From assembly GCA_000934665.2 (NCBI GenBank), contig KZ538816.1, forward strand, positions 1 to 46,371: a stretch of DNA of 46,371 bases. The letters run 5' to 3'. Shown in pieces: positions 1 through 12,081 of the stretch (its first letter is position 1; every line of letters starts with the position of its first letter). The notes below the pieces were generated by a model. The model saw only the letters and a program-made list of their open reading frames with translations, was not told the origin of the DNA and did no database searches. This DNA is from Catajapyx aquilonaris. Taxonomy: Eukaryota. A program made the position numbers and the translations under genes.

Positions 1-830
1 TCTACCATTTCTTACTCTCACTGCTCGCACTCCATCAATTCAATGTGCACTTCTGCGGCATCAGAAAATGTCGCTAGCAGTATGACTGAATTAATTTCCA
101 GCACTGTACTGCCCTTGGAAAAAGCCACATGTGTAATGTGCGGTAAGGTCTAAAGTTACTTGTCTGCCTCATTAGGACTACGGCAACCAACTGGAGAGTC
201 TAATGGAGCTGGGAAAGCAAATCTAGATCCTCTTGCACATTGCAGGTACTTTTTTTTCAAGGCCAAAATCTAGAAATTAAAACCCTCAGTATTCTGCTTT
301 TGGGACTGTAGCATGGTGTTGGAATACACAGGTTTGGTCACTCCCCCTCTTTTTGCATTCAGGGGCTGATGGGGTGGTAGTGTGTTGGGTGGCCGCGACA
401 GCCCTGCTCAGGGGCCGCACCTGCCGCGATCCTAACGGGCACCTGGCTTCTCTCACAGCTTTGCTTCTACTAAGTGCAGAGGAGCCCCACTAGGTTCACA
501 GCAGGCATAGCCCCTGAGCAGCTCTGTCGCGGCAACCCTACGCACTACCACCCCATCAGCCCGTGAACACAATAAGAGGGGGGTGGGGGGGGGGGGGGGT
601 GACCAGACCTGTATATTGTAAGACCGTGGTCTGCAGGGTCCAGCCACCTGTCATCTTTAACCACAGTTGAATCTGCTTAATGATGTAGTTCTTTTGCTAA
701 AATATTTGATACAGGTACTATAGTATCGCTCAAAAACATAGAGACGATTCGGTGCAAAATGGTCTCATGTTTTTGAGCGATGTAGTACCTGGCTGATTTG
801 ATTATGTGGAAGAACCCAGATTGGGCAGTA

Positions 831-992
831 CAGTGCTGGCCAATAATCGAGGCAACCGCCAGCGACATTTTTCCGAAGCGGCAGAAGAAGGAATCGAAGA
901 TAAGCATGCTACAAGCAGGGCGAGCCAGATTCCTTCTTCTGCCGCTTCGGAAAAATGTCGCTGGTGGTTGCCTCGATTATTGGCCAGCACTG
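831..992. mobile_element. Palindromic MITE, Tc1/mariner type (CAGTG termini, TA TSD)
   Basis: 65-bp inverted arms 831-895 / 928-992 with one mismatch, 32-bp spacer, TA on both sides (829-830, 993-994). Confidence 0.9.
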
Positions 993-1165
993 TACAAGTT
1001 GGGGATTTGGAAACTCTATCAGGAATATGCAGTAATCTGTAATGCAATTATGTGGATTCTACTGTACTTCATTTATGAACTGTAGATGATGTTGACAAGA
1101 GACAAATTGTTACTTTGCTCCTGGCTTAGAGCAGTTCTTATCAAGCTTTGTTGATGGGTGGCACT

Positions 1166-1407
1166 GGCACGGTAGTGTAGTGGCTATCATCACAGCCTTC
1201 TACCTCTGAAGTTCAGTGCTCGATCTCCGGGTCGGACAGAGAATTCTCATGTGTAAAGAGTTTCAATAGGTTCTACATGTGTAGGTGGAATTTCTTGGGG
1301 GGTTTTGCTGTTTCCTCTCCCACAGTCCAAAAATCCTTTTCCCTCTCACCCTCCCTTATGCCAGATAGCCTTAGTTGCTTTGACTTCCCCAATAAACCAA
1401 CCAACCA
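1166..1407 (+). mobile_element. tRNA-derived SINE with a V-domain-like core (decayed)
   Basis: Head GGCACGGTAGTGTAGTGG (A-box-like) and GCTCGATCTCC (degenerate B-box); central TGTGTAAAGAGTTT...GTTTCCTCTCCCACAGTCCAAAA resembles the V-SINE domain as recalled; 3' tail AATAAACCAACCAACCA. Confidence 0.6.
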
Positions 1408-3888
1408 GTCAAACTGTGTTGACTGGGGCCCTTTTATGGTATAACAAAAGCACCCCTTTGGCTACTTCACCCTCACAAGTGATATGCCAGTAAAACTAGA
1501 ATACCCTAATGAATTTAATTTTGGATCAATTTGTGGTGTACTGGGAAGGCCCTTGCAGTCTGCAAGTGGGCCATAGACTGCTCTGGGAGTACCACTAGGC
1601 TTGAGGATGTAAAAATATTACCTTTCTGAGCTCGCTGTAATACCCTAAATTAATTAACATTGAGAATACCCAACAGTTTTTTGTTTATTGCAATAAGCTG
1701 GTATCACAGCACAGTATGCTCGATGAAACTGAATCCATTCAAATTAGTTTCGCACTAAATTAGTATTAATCTCCTACTACTGTATCCTTCTCAGTATTTT
1801 CATTCTTATACTGTGTATTTCAAAATTAAGCCTGCATCCATATCAGTTGAGATGTTGCAGGCCATTGTCAAGTTGGTACTTCAGTACTGCCAAATTTTCC
1901 TCAGCCAGAAGAACTGAACATGCATACCCTCACGCTTGTCTCCCCCATCTTTTTCCTTCCCCACCCCCCCTCAGGGCACCAATAGGACTGGACATGTGGC
2001 ATTTCAACTGATCTGGATCCAACCTTAATTATGAAACTTAAGGTACTTGAAAACATTTCTTAAGATGTACATGAAATGAGACAAATTCAAGGTTGAGTTA
2101 TTGCTACAGCGCATGCAAGGGATTGCTCGAGTTTGACTGGTATTTTCCCAATATCTGCAGCCTAAAGTTTGTCCCAACTCCCAATGAGTTGTACTGTCGG
2201 CACCATATTATTGCTGACACTCTCCCATAAGAAAAGCTCTTGAAAGTGCCCAGAATAATACTGCACAGATAGTACATTCAACTACAAAAGTGATTTAAAA
2301 CTGTCCCCTGGGACGAGCCTGCAGACTAATAAAATCTGCTACTGTTTCACCTGCTGTGTAGTGAGCCTAATCAGCAAACATGAGCATGAGCAGAAAATAA
2401 TGCTTACATGAAGGACACCTTTGAATCTCAAGACAAAATGATCCATTTTTTTCAGTGAATTTCAGGCACCATCATGCATGATTACGTTCAAACTGGGTAT
2501 TCAATATTACGGTACAAGCGTTGCTATGATCGTGGCAGTAATATGGTCTCAATATAGAACAGCATGTTGCAGTGGTGTAACCCCGTGGCTCCCATGTCGT
2601 AATACACTAGCAGAAGATTTACATCTCTTATTTGAAGGTCAATTGGGCTTTCTCAATGGTGATGTCACATGTGGAAAGATTGGGCTACTTGCCCATATTC
2701 ACTTTGGGCTTCTAAGTTTGAATTAACCTCGAAAAGACCATCAAATATAACATAATGAAATTGACACTGTTCATGGGTGTTAATGGGTGCAAAAAAAATC
2801 ACTGTGAATTTCAGCTTGAAAGGATAAACATAGTTCTCCCAATCTACAATTTCTATGTATGCAATTATTTTATACTTCCATCAAAAGTTGCAGGAACAGG
2901 TGAATAAAGTATGACCATCCCCTTGGCAAAGGTCTTTTATGAAATCATAACTTTTAATCAATGTTCTGTTGCCAGACTTATTCCATCAACCAATTTTCAT
3001 CGTGACACTCAGTTGGTGCAATCACTATCAGTATGACTGATTTAAAAAGCTGTTGAAAATCATGAATAAATTTAATGATAATATAATTAGTTTCATATCA
3101 TTTAGAAAATTGCTCATGGATTAAAATTTTGATTAGATTCAGGCAGGTGTAGCCTGTCTCCATAAAATAGGTTAGGTTAAAATAGTTTCTGTGATTTTTA
3201 CCCACTTCTGGTTTGGTTTCCCTAGATTCACCAAGCCAAAGAAGTATCAAAAATGCCTCATTCCCAGGTCAGGCGGAAGGTCAAGCAAGCAGGAGTTAAC
3301 GGCACCTGCACTGCAGTGGTCCTTCACGTCTGGGCTAAAAAGCAAACACCTTAGTTCTTCACTGTGGTTAGCCCTGTCCTCACAAAAAAAAAATTATTTC
3401 CAATATTTGCGCATGTGCAATTTCCCTTATGGTCGGGAACCAAATTGTTAAGCTTCTATACCTGTCAATTTCAGGTCCTGTCAATATGATTGGGTGATGG
3501 ATTTTTCATATGGATAATGTTTTAATCTGGCTTGAAATTCTTATTTGCCACTAAATGTTTTAAATTTTTATGGGCATACCAATAATTATCTGTGTGGTTA
3601 AGGGGATGGCCAACAATTGTCATTCAGTGATTTGCTTAGCTTCGGGTCCTAGGTAGAGCCAGTCAGTACTTCTGATTTCCTACTTTCTTAGGGGGAACTT
3701 GTTTAACTTTCTGGCAGATATTAATTATGCAGATCAATACTCTTGAGACATTTCATTGATTCACTGAGAAAACACTAACTTCTCAGCCTTCTTGGAATAC
3801 CTATATACAGTGCATCCTAACTTCTCATTTGAGGTGCTATTGCAAATATAGTGCCTGCTACTTACCTCCTCCTTTTCCTATTTCAAAG

Positions 3889-4137
3889 GTTTTAAGGTGC
3901 GAGCATTTGTCCGGCAACCATCAAAAATTCCTGAAGGTCTTCAAGTAGATGTTGTCATCGGAGATGTCACAAATGCTGAAGATGTACAAAAAGCAGTTGA
4001 AGGGCAAGATGCTGTGGTTGTTGCTCTGGGAACTCGAGGAAGTCTTGACCCAACAACCCTACTCTCCGACGGACTGAAAAACATCCTGGCAGCTACAAAG
4101 GCATATGATGTGAAGCGTATTTCTGTCTGTATATCAT
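3889..4137 (+). CDS. BLVRB: Flavin reductase (NADPH)/biliverdin reductase B, internal exon
   Basis: Pyrimidine tract + AG 3887-3888, donor GTATGT at 4138, phase 1/1; encodes GFKVRAFVR...IGDVTNAEDVQKAVEGQDAVVVALGTRGSLDPTTLLSDGLKNIL, typical of BLVRB. First exon (GxxGxxG) not found in the window. Confidence 0.92.
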
Positions 4138-4454
4138 GTATGTATATCAACTCCTGACACATTAATCTCTGAAATAGCCTCTGTGCAAATGTTTCTTAGC
4201 TAAATTCAGGCTTCTTCCTGCAAGCAAACCCCACCTAAAAAGCACAAATAAGTAAAAATCAGTGTGAAAAATTCAAGCAATATACAAGAAATACAAGAAT
4301 GTACAAGAAAAACCATGCCTTGGCCTGAAAAGTGCATATAGATTCCCACATATTTATTTGAAGGAAGATGTTGGAAAGGGAGTCTTGTTGCTTTCATGAG
4401 GGCGGAAAGGAATACTAGTAGGTCAGCTGCTTGACAAAATCATTATGCACTCTT

Positions 4455-4588
4455 AGGCAGTTTTAGCACTAGTTTTAGTCTAAGTGAACTGCCAATTGGC
4501 ACAGGCTACTCTGGGGTGAAGGGCAGAGTGGCCCATGTCGATTGGCTGATCTTTTATACTAAGGCTAAAACTGGGACTAAAACTGCCT
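4455..4588. repeat. Old imperfect palindrome (decayed MITE) in BLVRB intron
   Basis: AGGCAGTTTTAGCACTAGTTTTAGTCTAAGT vs reverse complement AGGCAGTTTTAGTCCCAGTTTTAGCCTTAGT; inner arms CCAATTGGCACAGGCTACTCTG / CAGAGTGGCCCATGTCGATTGG also pair. Confidence 0.7.
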
Positions 4589-4850
4589 GTGGGCAGATCA
4601 CTCTATCCTCTATTGCTCCCGGGGGGGACCTTAAAATGAAGAGTGAGACTAGCTGGTGTGCTTATGGGGCTCCATAGGCTCCAAGATACTTATAAGCTAT
4701 TTATGAGTTATTATTTTGGGCATACGAGAAGCCTGATATACGAGTAAGCAGGATATGGTACCACTGATTTGAAAAAATTGTTGCCAAGAAATAAATGCCT
4801 GTAAGCAGGTTACAGCAAGCAATATTATAAACATTTCTGTACGAGTCCTG

Positions 4851-5372
4851 TATGAGGTAGGCACCAAACGTTCTGGCCTGTCTATGTTCCAGGTGTCATG
4901 GATATAAAATGACTGTCATTTTTTAATACTAGTCTCTTCTTGTACTACAACACACTCTTTACATCTCTGGATTAGCAAACAATTCCATTGCAGAAATTGT
5001 GCAAAGTTTTGTCTGCAAGTGCTTATAAACTGCCTCCTGCAACTCTTCAATTTTTCTTCCTGGAATGTCTTTTTGAGTTTTGAAAACAGGTAAATGTCAC
5101 AGTCTGGGCTGTAGGTTGGTTGGTCAAGCTCCTCGAAGTCAGAGTCTCTGTTCAATAGCACTGGGAGAAGGCTTTCTTGGTACTCTGTTTTCAACATGAT
5201 CTGAAATGGTGCAACTCGTCTGGCTGAAATTAGTTTACTCAAATGTGTGACACAATTGTCAAGCAGAAACTTGTACAATCATTCACTCATGAATGGCACT
5301 ACCTAACATTACCGTTGTTTTATTAGCATCACCCCTGGAGTGAGGCCAGAAACTCTTGGCACCTACCTCATG
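4851..5372 (-). mobile_element. Internally deleted mariner element with transposase relic
   Basis: ~28-bp imperfect TIRs (ATGAGGTAGGCACCAAACGTTCTGGCCT / rc ATGAGGTAGGTGCCAAGAGTTTCTGGCCT); minus-strand ORF 4916-5278 has QPTYSPDCDIYLFSKLKK, a decayed mariner HPPYSPDLAPxDxxLFxxLK motif. Confidence 0.85.
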
Positions 5373-5540
5373 TGTGTCGCTCCCTCTTATGTTGTATCTC
5401 ATGGGAAAAATTGTTTCTACAGGTTATTAAGATAATCTCAAGGTCACTCTTAGAACTTCTCTTGACTATATACCACTGTTATCATCCAACATGTATTATA
5501 AACATATTGCATTTACCATATTTTGTCATTTTGTCCCTAG

Positions 5541-5672
5541 CATTTTTATTTTGGGAAAAGAGCAAAGTTCCTGAGAGGTATCAAGCAATAACAGAAGATC
5601 ATCAACGAATGCTAGAAGCTCTAAAAGACAGTGATCGCGAATGGGTTGCAGTATTGCCACCACATATAGCAG
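5541..5672 (+). CDS. BLVRB: Flavin reductase/BLVRB, penultimate exon
   Basis: Acceptor ccctAG, donor GTGAAT at 5673, phase 1/1; SFLFWEKSKVPERYQAITEDHQRMLEALKDSDREWVAVLPPHIA matches the BLVRB DH.RM and PPHI motifs. Confidence 0.92.
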
Positions 5673-5731
5673 GTGAATTTCTCTTGTCTTTCAATGGCTT
5701 ATGCACTATAAACTTACCAATGCTTTTTTAG

Positions 5732-5883
5732 ACACACCTTCAACAAGTGGCGGTTATGTGGTAGAGCACGACAAGTCTCCATCACGGCTGGTATCCAAGT
5801 ACGACCTTGGTGAATTCCTGATCAAGTGCCTTACTTCCACCAATCATGTACGACGCATCTGTGGAATTGGCAACCCTGCATGA
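5732..5883 (+). CDS. BLVRB: Flavin reductase/BLVRB, last coding exon
   Basis: Follows a 59-bp intron (5673-5731); DTPSTSGGYVVEHDKSPSRLVSKYDLGEFLIKCL...NPA*, TGA at 5881-5883. Confidence 0.92.
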
Positions 5884-6001
5884 GAAAACAATGCGCATTT
5901 TATTTTGCAGTATTAAATGTTCCTGTAGTATAGTACGTGCTCCATTCCTGCTTGGGTCACACAGAGTGGTTATTTTTGCAATGTTAGTCTGCAAGGCTTG
6001 T

Positions 6002-6007
6002 AATAAA
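6002..6007 (+). promoter_or_regulatory. Candidate polyadenylation signal of BLVRB
   Basis: First AATAAA downstream of the stop codon (~120 nt). Confidence 0.45.
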
Positions 6008-8885
6008 TTGTGATTACCAGGTATCCCATTGGAGTTTATATCCCAACCAAAAAAAAATATGTGGGTTGGCACTGCCCCGGTTTTATTCCACACAGGCTCT
6101 ACATTGTAACATGTGACTCTATGCACGGTGTGGAAACAGTGCCTGTTAACAACCTTCTAATGTTACAGCTGCACCATACTGCTAATGGCTAAGAGTTTTG
6201 GGGATTAGTCTACTCCATATACCAGTGAAACATGTTACTCTACATTTTGAGCAGTTCGGTTGTTAAGAGACAGCAAAGAGACCACTTACAAGTGAGTTTT
6301 TTTTCCAGTCAGGGCGATGGCAGGGGTGATTGGGAAAAGGAAATTCCAAGAACATGGTTAGATAGCACAAGAGTCACACATTTTCTACCTTTCCCCACAT
6401 GACAAAGTGGACGAAAAAATGACACCCACAGCATTCACACTCTCACATGCACGTGTCTGGACACAAAACGAAGCGCATCTGACACATTTTTGGCACTCGC
6501 GTGAAAAGTCACTATCTCAGGCGAGGAATAACTATTGAACTTTTTCAGCTTTCTCTATCTTCCATTTGTTTTTTGTTTTTTTTCTGATTTTTTAGCGGGC
6601 AGGACACAGTCACGTGTTATTCGCTGGATAGCGTCAGAGGGTTACATTGGTCCAAGATGCTTTGTGCCGAACAGTGATATACTCTGGCAAAATAGAGTTA
6701 CAAACTATGTATGTACAGGCTGACAATGCCCGAAATTAAAACAGCTTCTATAAGGAGACCTCACAATCTGGATAGTACTCTCTTCTTTTTTGCGAAAATA
6801 TCAAGCACGAAGCGTCATGATTCTATTTAAGCAGTAAAAATAGAACTATTTTGTTAATGACCTGATGTTTTCCCAGGCTTAAAAGCAGCTTTACTCTCCA
6901 TTTATGAAATTTCCGTCCGCTTTGAAGTCAGGCAAACATTTAATTACATGCGGAACAGTTGATTTGAGTGGCAGTCAATATGAAACTTGTGTAGCGTGTG
7001 ATGCAAAGTTCTAATATTGTACCGTATATGATGGACCTGCCGCAGTCTGCTCATTCCAGCATGCTAGCTAGAGTCTCACGAAGCCAACACTTGAATGACC
7101 TGGCAGCCGGGGCTTCCTCTGCTGATGGACAAAGTCTGCTCCCTGCTCATCCAGTATTCTAGGCATTTGACTTGGCCCACCGGATCGGAAAGAAGCCAAC
7201 TTAGTCCATCGCCTATTATGATTCTACACGCGTGTAAACCTTGCAAGATAAGATGCGCGACTTTTGGAAAGAATCATTTTACCCAAGCATCAGCCAAGTA
7301 CGGATGGGTAATTAAGATGTGCCATTGCACGTCTGAACCCGAGTGAATGAAAACACTCGAGTCATAAAAGAGTAAGGGGATGGCACGGCAAAAGCGGGTC
7401 TTAATTTCAGACCCGGGAATAGAGTAGCAATTGAAATCTCTTCTTGTTCCATCCCGGCCAAAAACCTTCTCTTCGGGTAATTAAGGCCCCGGCGAGAGAT
7501 GAGACGAGGCAGGGAAATTTCCCTCTTTGCTTTGCACCGTTCTTCTGCATTCGATTTCTCAGCTGGAGCTACACTAGGTTCGCTAGACTTTCTGCGGGAG
7601 CGGCGATAGTCACTGGAGCAAAAAAAGAAGGGGGGGGGGGGGGTCGAGGGAGAGCCCTTTCAAGGTTTCCAATTTATTCCGGCGCTCGCCATCCGGGCTC
7701 CTCTCTCCAGCTCCCCCCGGCCCTCCTCTCCCACTCAGATTTCTTCCGTGCCAATCAGGGCGGAAAAGACACTTTCATTCTCGCTCTGGGCCTTCAGTGT
7801 CACTGTGGCAACACTCGGCTTTTATATCGTTCTCAGCTTATCGTAGAGAAGGCCGCCTATATAATTGAAGGTCCGCCCCAGAAAGAAATAGTGCCATAAA
7901 TTCTCAAATCAGTGTACGAGCCGGCTCTCTTTCTTTCCGGTTTGAAAACAAAAAGATGGTGGTTGAAAGGGGGCAATACCCCCCCCCCCCCAAAAAAAAA
8001 AAAAACGGACAGGCAAAGAAGTGGAGAATCTCCAGACGGCAGCTGTAAATGCTGGGCTTGTAAGGTGAAGGGTGCATGGTGGGGAAAAAATGGAGGCTCT
8101 CCCCTACAATTGCGCCTAGAGGGAGCTGTGTCAATAGCAGTTGGAATCCGGGAGGAATTGCGGTCGTTATCGTCATTTCGGGGCGGGAAAGACCTAGTTC
8201 GATTCCCAAGGGTGTCCGGACCAGCCTTTTGTGGCGGATGCGTGGGGGAGGAAACATATCAGCATTCACTTGCGTCCATTTTCACAATTGTTGTGTCGAC
8301 TTGGGTATGGAATATCAAATCCATGACATACAGGTTCACTTGACGTCTTCTTGGTGGCATTCAAATTTTTTTTAGGAGGAGATGGTGGTAACTGCGACAT
8401 TGTCGATGGGCGTGTCAACACGTTTTCGGTCTGCTGCCTGCATGGGAAATGGACCGTTTAGGATTACAGAGCATTGACAAAAGACTGGCTCCCAAGAGTC
8501 AACTAGAAAACGGGGCGTGGGAAAGCAACTCGTCTCCAACTTTTTGGAAAAGTCTGTCTTGTTGTACAGTCCAATCACGGTGAAGTAATTTGTTGCTGTC
8601 GGTGGCTGGTATGGTTCTGCACAAAGTGGGGCAGTTTGAATGGTTAGGAGAGCCGGTGCGGTTGTTGGCGGGGCGTCGGTATAAAATATCGCGTGGTTTG
8701 TACAAATAGAGCCCTCCATTTCTGATGCGTGTCCTGGACGCCCCGTGTGGTCAACTCGGACGAGATCCCCCAACTGCCACCGCCTTTGATCAGCAATGAG
8801 AGGGTCTGGCCTAGTTTGATCATACCCACCGGTATATGACCCCAGCGGGAGGTCACCTTGGGTATGAAACATCGCTGGTGGTGTT

Positions 8886-9245
8886 TCAAGCACTGATGGT
8901 ACTGATGCAATCCAGACGCATCTCATACAACTCGTGGCCGGTCCAGGGTCTTCTCTGGGGCGGAGGTGGGGGCGGCGGTGGCGGTAAGGAGAGCTGTGGC
9001 GGCTGCAGAGGTGCGGTAGAGGCGGCTCCGAGGTCGTCCCAGCACAGGCCGAGGTCTTCAGGAGGAAGCGCCAGGAGTGGCTCGGCGTCGCATGGTCGTC
9101 GGTTGGCATCTTCAGGCCAGCGACTGGACGCCACGATGGGAGCAGGTGAGGAGTCGCGGTGCTGCCAACGGCTGCAGAGTTTCTTCTGGACCAGTTGTCG
9201 GACGTCCTTGTTGAGCGCGCAGAAGAAGAGGAAGATCAGCCAGTT
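8886..9245 (-). CDS. Adhesion GPCR (7tm_2), last coding exon: end of TM7, helix 8, cytoplasmic tail
   Basis: Acceptor tttcAG at 9246-9247, phase 0; NWLIFLFFCALNKDVRQLVQKKL...LPPPPPPPPPQ...CISTISA*; 360 nt in frame with the previous exon. Confidence 0.85.
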   Translation of the reverse strand, partial: NWLIFLFFCALNKDVRQLVQKKLCSRWQHRDSSPAPIVASSRWPEDANRRPCDAEPLLALPPEDLGLCWDDLGAASTAPLQPPQLSLPPPPPPPPPQRRPWTGHELYEMRLDCISTISA

Positions 9246-11116
9246 CTGAAATGTGTGGGTACAAGTTGAGTACAGGGACTTGCCAGTGTCAACATTTCCG
9301 CAGCCTGGGATGAATCTATTGACATCCCCCCATTCCCTCCCCTGTAATTAAGCTTCCCATGTCTGCCCCTGCACGTGACGTCAGCAAGCCTGGAAAGGTC
9401 GGGGTTGGCCGTGGGGGAAGGTGGCTGGGGGGTGGGTTTGCGGATGGGGAGCTGGGGGAGGGGGGGGGGGAGTAGAGAAAACTAAAGAGCAAAATCGGGG
9501 TGCACCGAGGCGAAAGTTTATTTAATCACATCTCCTGCAGCCAAAAATCACATTCGCCCTGGAGACCCAGGGTCAAAGCGATTTCGGATCAAAGGCCAAG
9601 CCTGATGAATGGAAAACACTTTTCAAAATTGAAATCAGGCAAGCTTCGGAACGGAGGATTGTTTCCGAGGTTTGCCAATACATTAGAAAAGCCGAGCTAG
9701 TGCAGTGGGATCATGTGGATGAATCCCTGGACACTACTGGTCGACTGTGTTTTAAGTGCTACGGCTGTAGGGATTTGGAAACCTGTTGACTTGCCGTTCA
9801 CCTTGTTCAAATTCAATTGCCACTCTCAAAAATGATTAGCAATCAAAAGTCAATAATTCAGTGGGCATTTATTAGTGGCGTTTCGATAACTGAAGCAGAG
9901 TTGCTCATCAGGTCATTACACCTATACCCGCTATTCATCGAGTATTAATGTGATTGATCCTTAAGACGTGTAATCAGCTCAGAGGACATTATTTTTGCCA
10001 AGCGCGATGTATGTTCGTCAGTACTTTGACTAATGAAGATGTAATTACAACCATAAAACCCGAGATTAGGCCTTTATAATGAGGGCACCGCAGCAGATCA
10101 ACTCTTTAGCCGGGAGTTAATAAGCCCGAGCTTATTGTACGTGTTAACGAACAAAGGCAAACAAAATTACGTCTGAGTCAAAAGTGAAGGCGATAAATCC
10201 AAATGGAAAGTATCCGGCGGCCCTAAATAAGCCATCGCTGGGGATGGATGGTCCAAGTTATACATTCTTAATTGCTTCTCGCAGACCTATTTCGCGCCTC
10301 GTCCCCCGACTAACCATAAATCGGCGGAAAGTAACGAGCAACCGAAATCTGTATAGCAGTAGGAAATGGGGCTTCGGGAACCTTCCCAAAAAAAAAGGAC
10401 CCATGTACACTCCTGGAGCTTGCCGTGGCCTTTATTAGGCCCTGAAAAGTTTCAACTTTGACCATTAAGGCTGTGCTCCTTATTTGCATAGCACAGGCAA
10501 CCCATAAATTTAGACAGTGTCTCGCCTGGGCCATTCCTTATCCAGAACCGAGTCCCAGCAGACGTCTCTTTGGGACTAATCTCTCTTCCTTTCCGGAAGC
10601 TTCGAATAACTGCCCTTCTCCAATACGCGGAAAGGAAAATCCGAGAAAAAGCTAAGTGGGTGGGAACGGCCGCTGGAGAGAACTGGTTACGATTTGTGAT
10701 TCTAATGGAGAAACTGAAGGCCTATACATTGCTTGACGATTAAAGGGCGGTGCCGTCTGAGGGTGAATCGAATGCAATCATTTGTAGCGGATAGGCATAT
10801 GTCTAACAACCCATGAATAAGTTATGTCTGCTTTATCAAACACATTTGCAAGGAATATACCGATACCTCCCACTATTCTTGGGTGGGTGACATATAGATG
10901 GCGTCAGTTGCAGCCATGAGCGATTTTAGAGAGAGAAAAAAAGTCCATCTGACTTTCCACTTTCCAGGCTGGCAAGCACGCAAAGTGGCTGCCATTGTCT
11001 TGAGCGACACAAACTGATGGGTTTGGTTATCCCCTGGGATGCGAGCACCAGTGCTTGTATCAATACAAAGCGACAGCAGACGGACGGCTCATCTGGACCC
11101 TTTGATGCATACTCAC

Positions 11117-11332
11117 CAGAAGCACGTAGGTGACGGCAAAAACCAGGTGGAAGACGATGGTAGATGTGCTCTCAAGTGCGATGACACCGAAGAACCAGCA
11201 GATGACGAAGAGGGGCAGGAGAATAGCACCGGCTCGCAGAGACAGACGAAGCCCGGCCACATCTGATTTGCGGGTGTAGGGTCTCAAGGCGAAGAGATGC
11301 TTCAGACTCAGCAGGATCAGGGCTGTGTTCAC
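11117..11332 (-). CDS. Adhesion GPCR exon: end of TM5, ICL3, TM6, start of TM7
   Basis: Acceptor ttacAG, donor GTGAGT, 216 nt, phase 0/0; VNTALILLSL...LRAGAILLPLFVICWFFGVIAL...VFHLVFAVTYVLL. Confidence 0.88.
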
Positions 11333-12048
11333 CTGTAAGGAGAGAAAAAAGTGCGGGCTGCAGTACGTCAAGGAAAAAATATTTGGTGTATAGGTCAGGT
11401 TCTAAGCAAACAGGAATGACCGTTTCTCTCGGGGGGTTTGAAAGCCGCAGAGGACGGAATTCGAGGCTTCCTTTTGGGTCCATTCGGGGGACGCTCCAGG
11501 CCCTTTCATATCGGTAGGGCGGATTGTGATGGATTTCGATGGCTCTTCCTTTGTTCATGCAGAGACGAAAGTACTCCGATAGCACGCCCTACTTCCCCAG
11601 CGCAGCTCCGGTTACCGTATCGGATGCTGCGACTGCAGCCACCCGAAGATGAAACTCTGCAATGCCACTGCCCAATTTTTCTCCTAAACTTTACTCTATT
11701 ATTTTTCTTTCCATTTACGGTACAGTAGGTGGAGGGTATTAGTAGAAGCTGTGCGCTGCCAGTTGGAGCCGCCAAAAAAATAGATGTGTGTCTCAAGACC
11801 CTCTCTGAGATGGTCGTCATTGTACGTAATTTTAATAGACGGAAAATTAATTCAATTAGTGAGTCTTCAGACTTTCTAAGAATGTTTTAAATCCTATACA
11901 GGAATTATAGGAAAGGCCCTCTTTAATTAAATTAAGCTAGGCTTTAACTTGGACTGGTTTCATAATTAATCTGTGATTAATAATTTGACTCATTAACACT
12001 GGTGGGGAGATTAGCCTGCTCACATGTAAGTAGGTCCTATACTATGTT

Positions 12049-12081
12049 GTAGGTAATCTTATTACGTAGGTAATCTTATTA
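12049..12081. repeat. Short tandem duplication
   Basis: GTAGGTAATCTTATTA occurs twice, 17-nt period. Confidence 0.85.

Noticed and set aside
360..650. Possible hAT MITE (CAGGGGCTG...CAGCCACCTG)
   Set aside because: TIR match too short and no 8-bp TSD.
802..1047. Similar ORFs on opposite strands (also 28654-29017 and 23423-23812 vs 25514-25708)
   Set aside because: Artefacts of palindromic MITEs or the inverted tRNA duplication.
3263..3292. CCAGGTCAGGCGGAAGG resembling bacterial SRP RNA helix 8
   Set aside because: Short match without the supporting stem, in a eukaryotic intron; chance.
1..3888. First BLVRB coding exon (GxxGxxG Rossmann motif)
   Set aside because: No convincing candidate seen; probably upstream of the window.
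8372..9109. 245-aa minus-strand ORF (and + ORF 8836-9249)
   Set aside because: Alternative-frame and antisense shadows of the GC-rich last GPCR exon and its 3'UTR; no recognisable domain.
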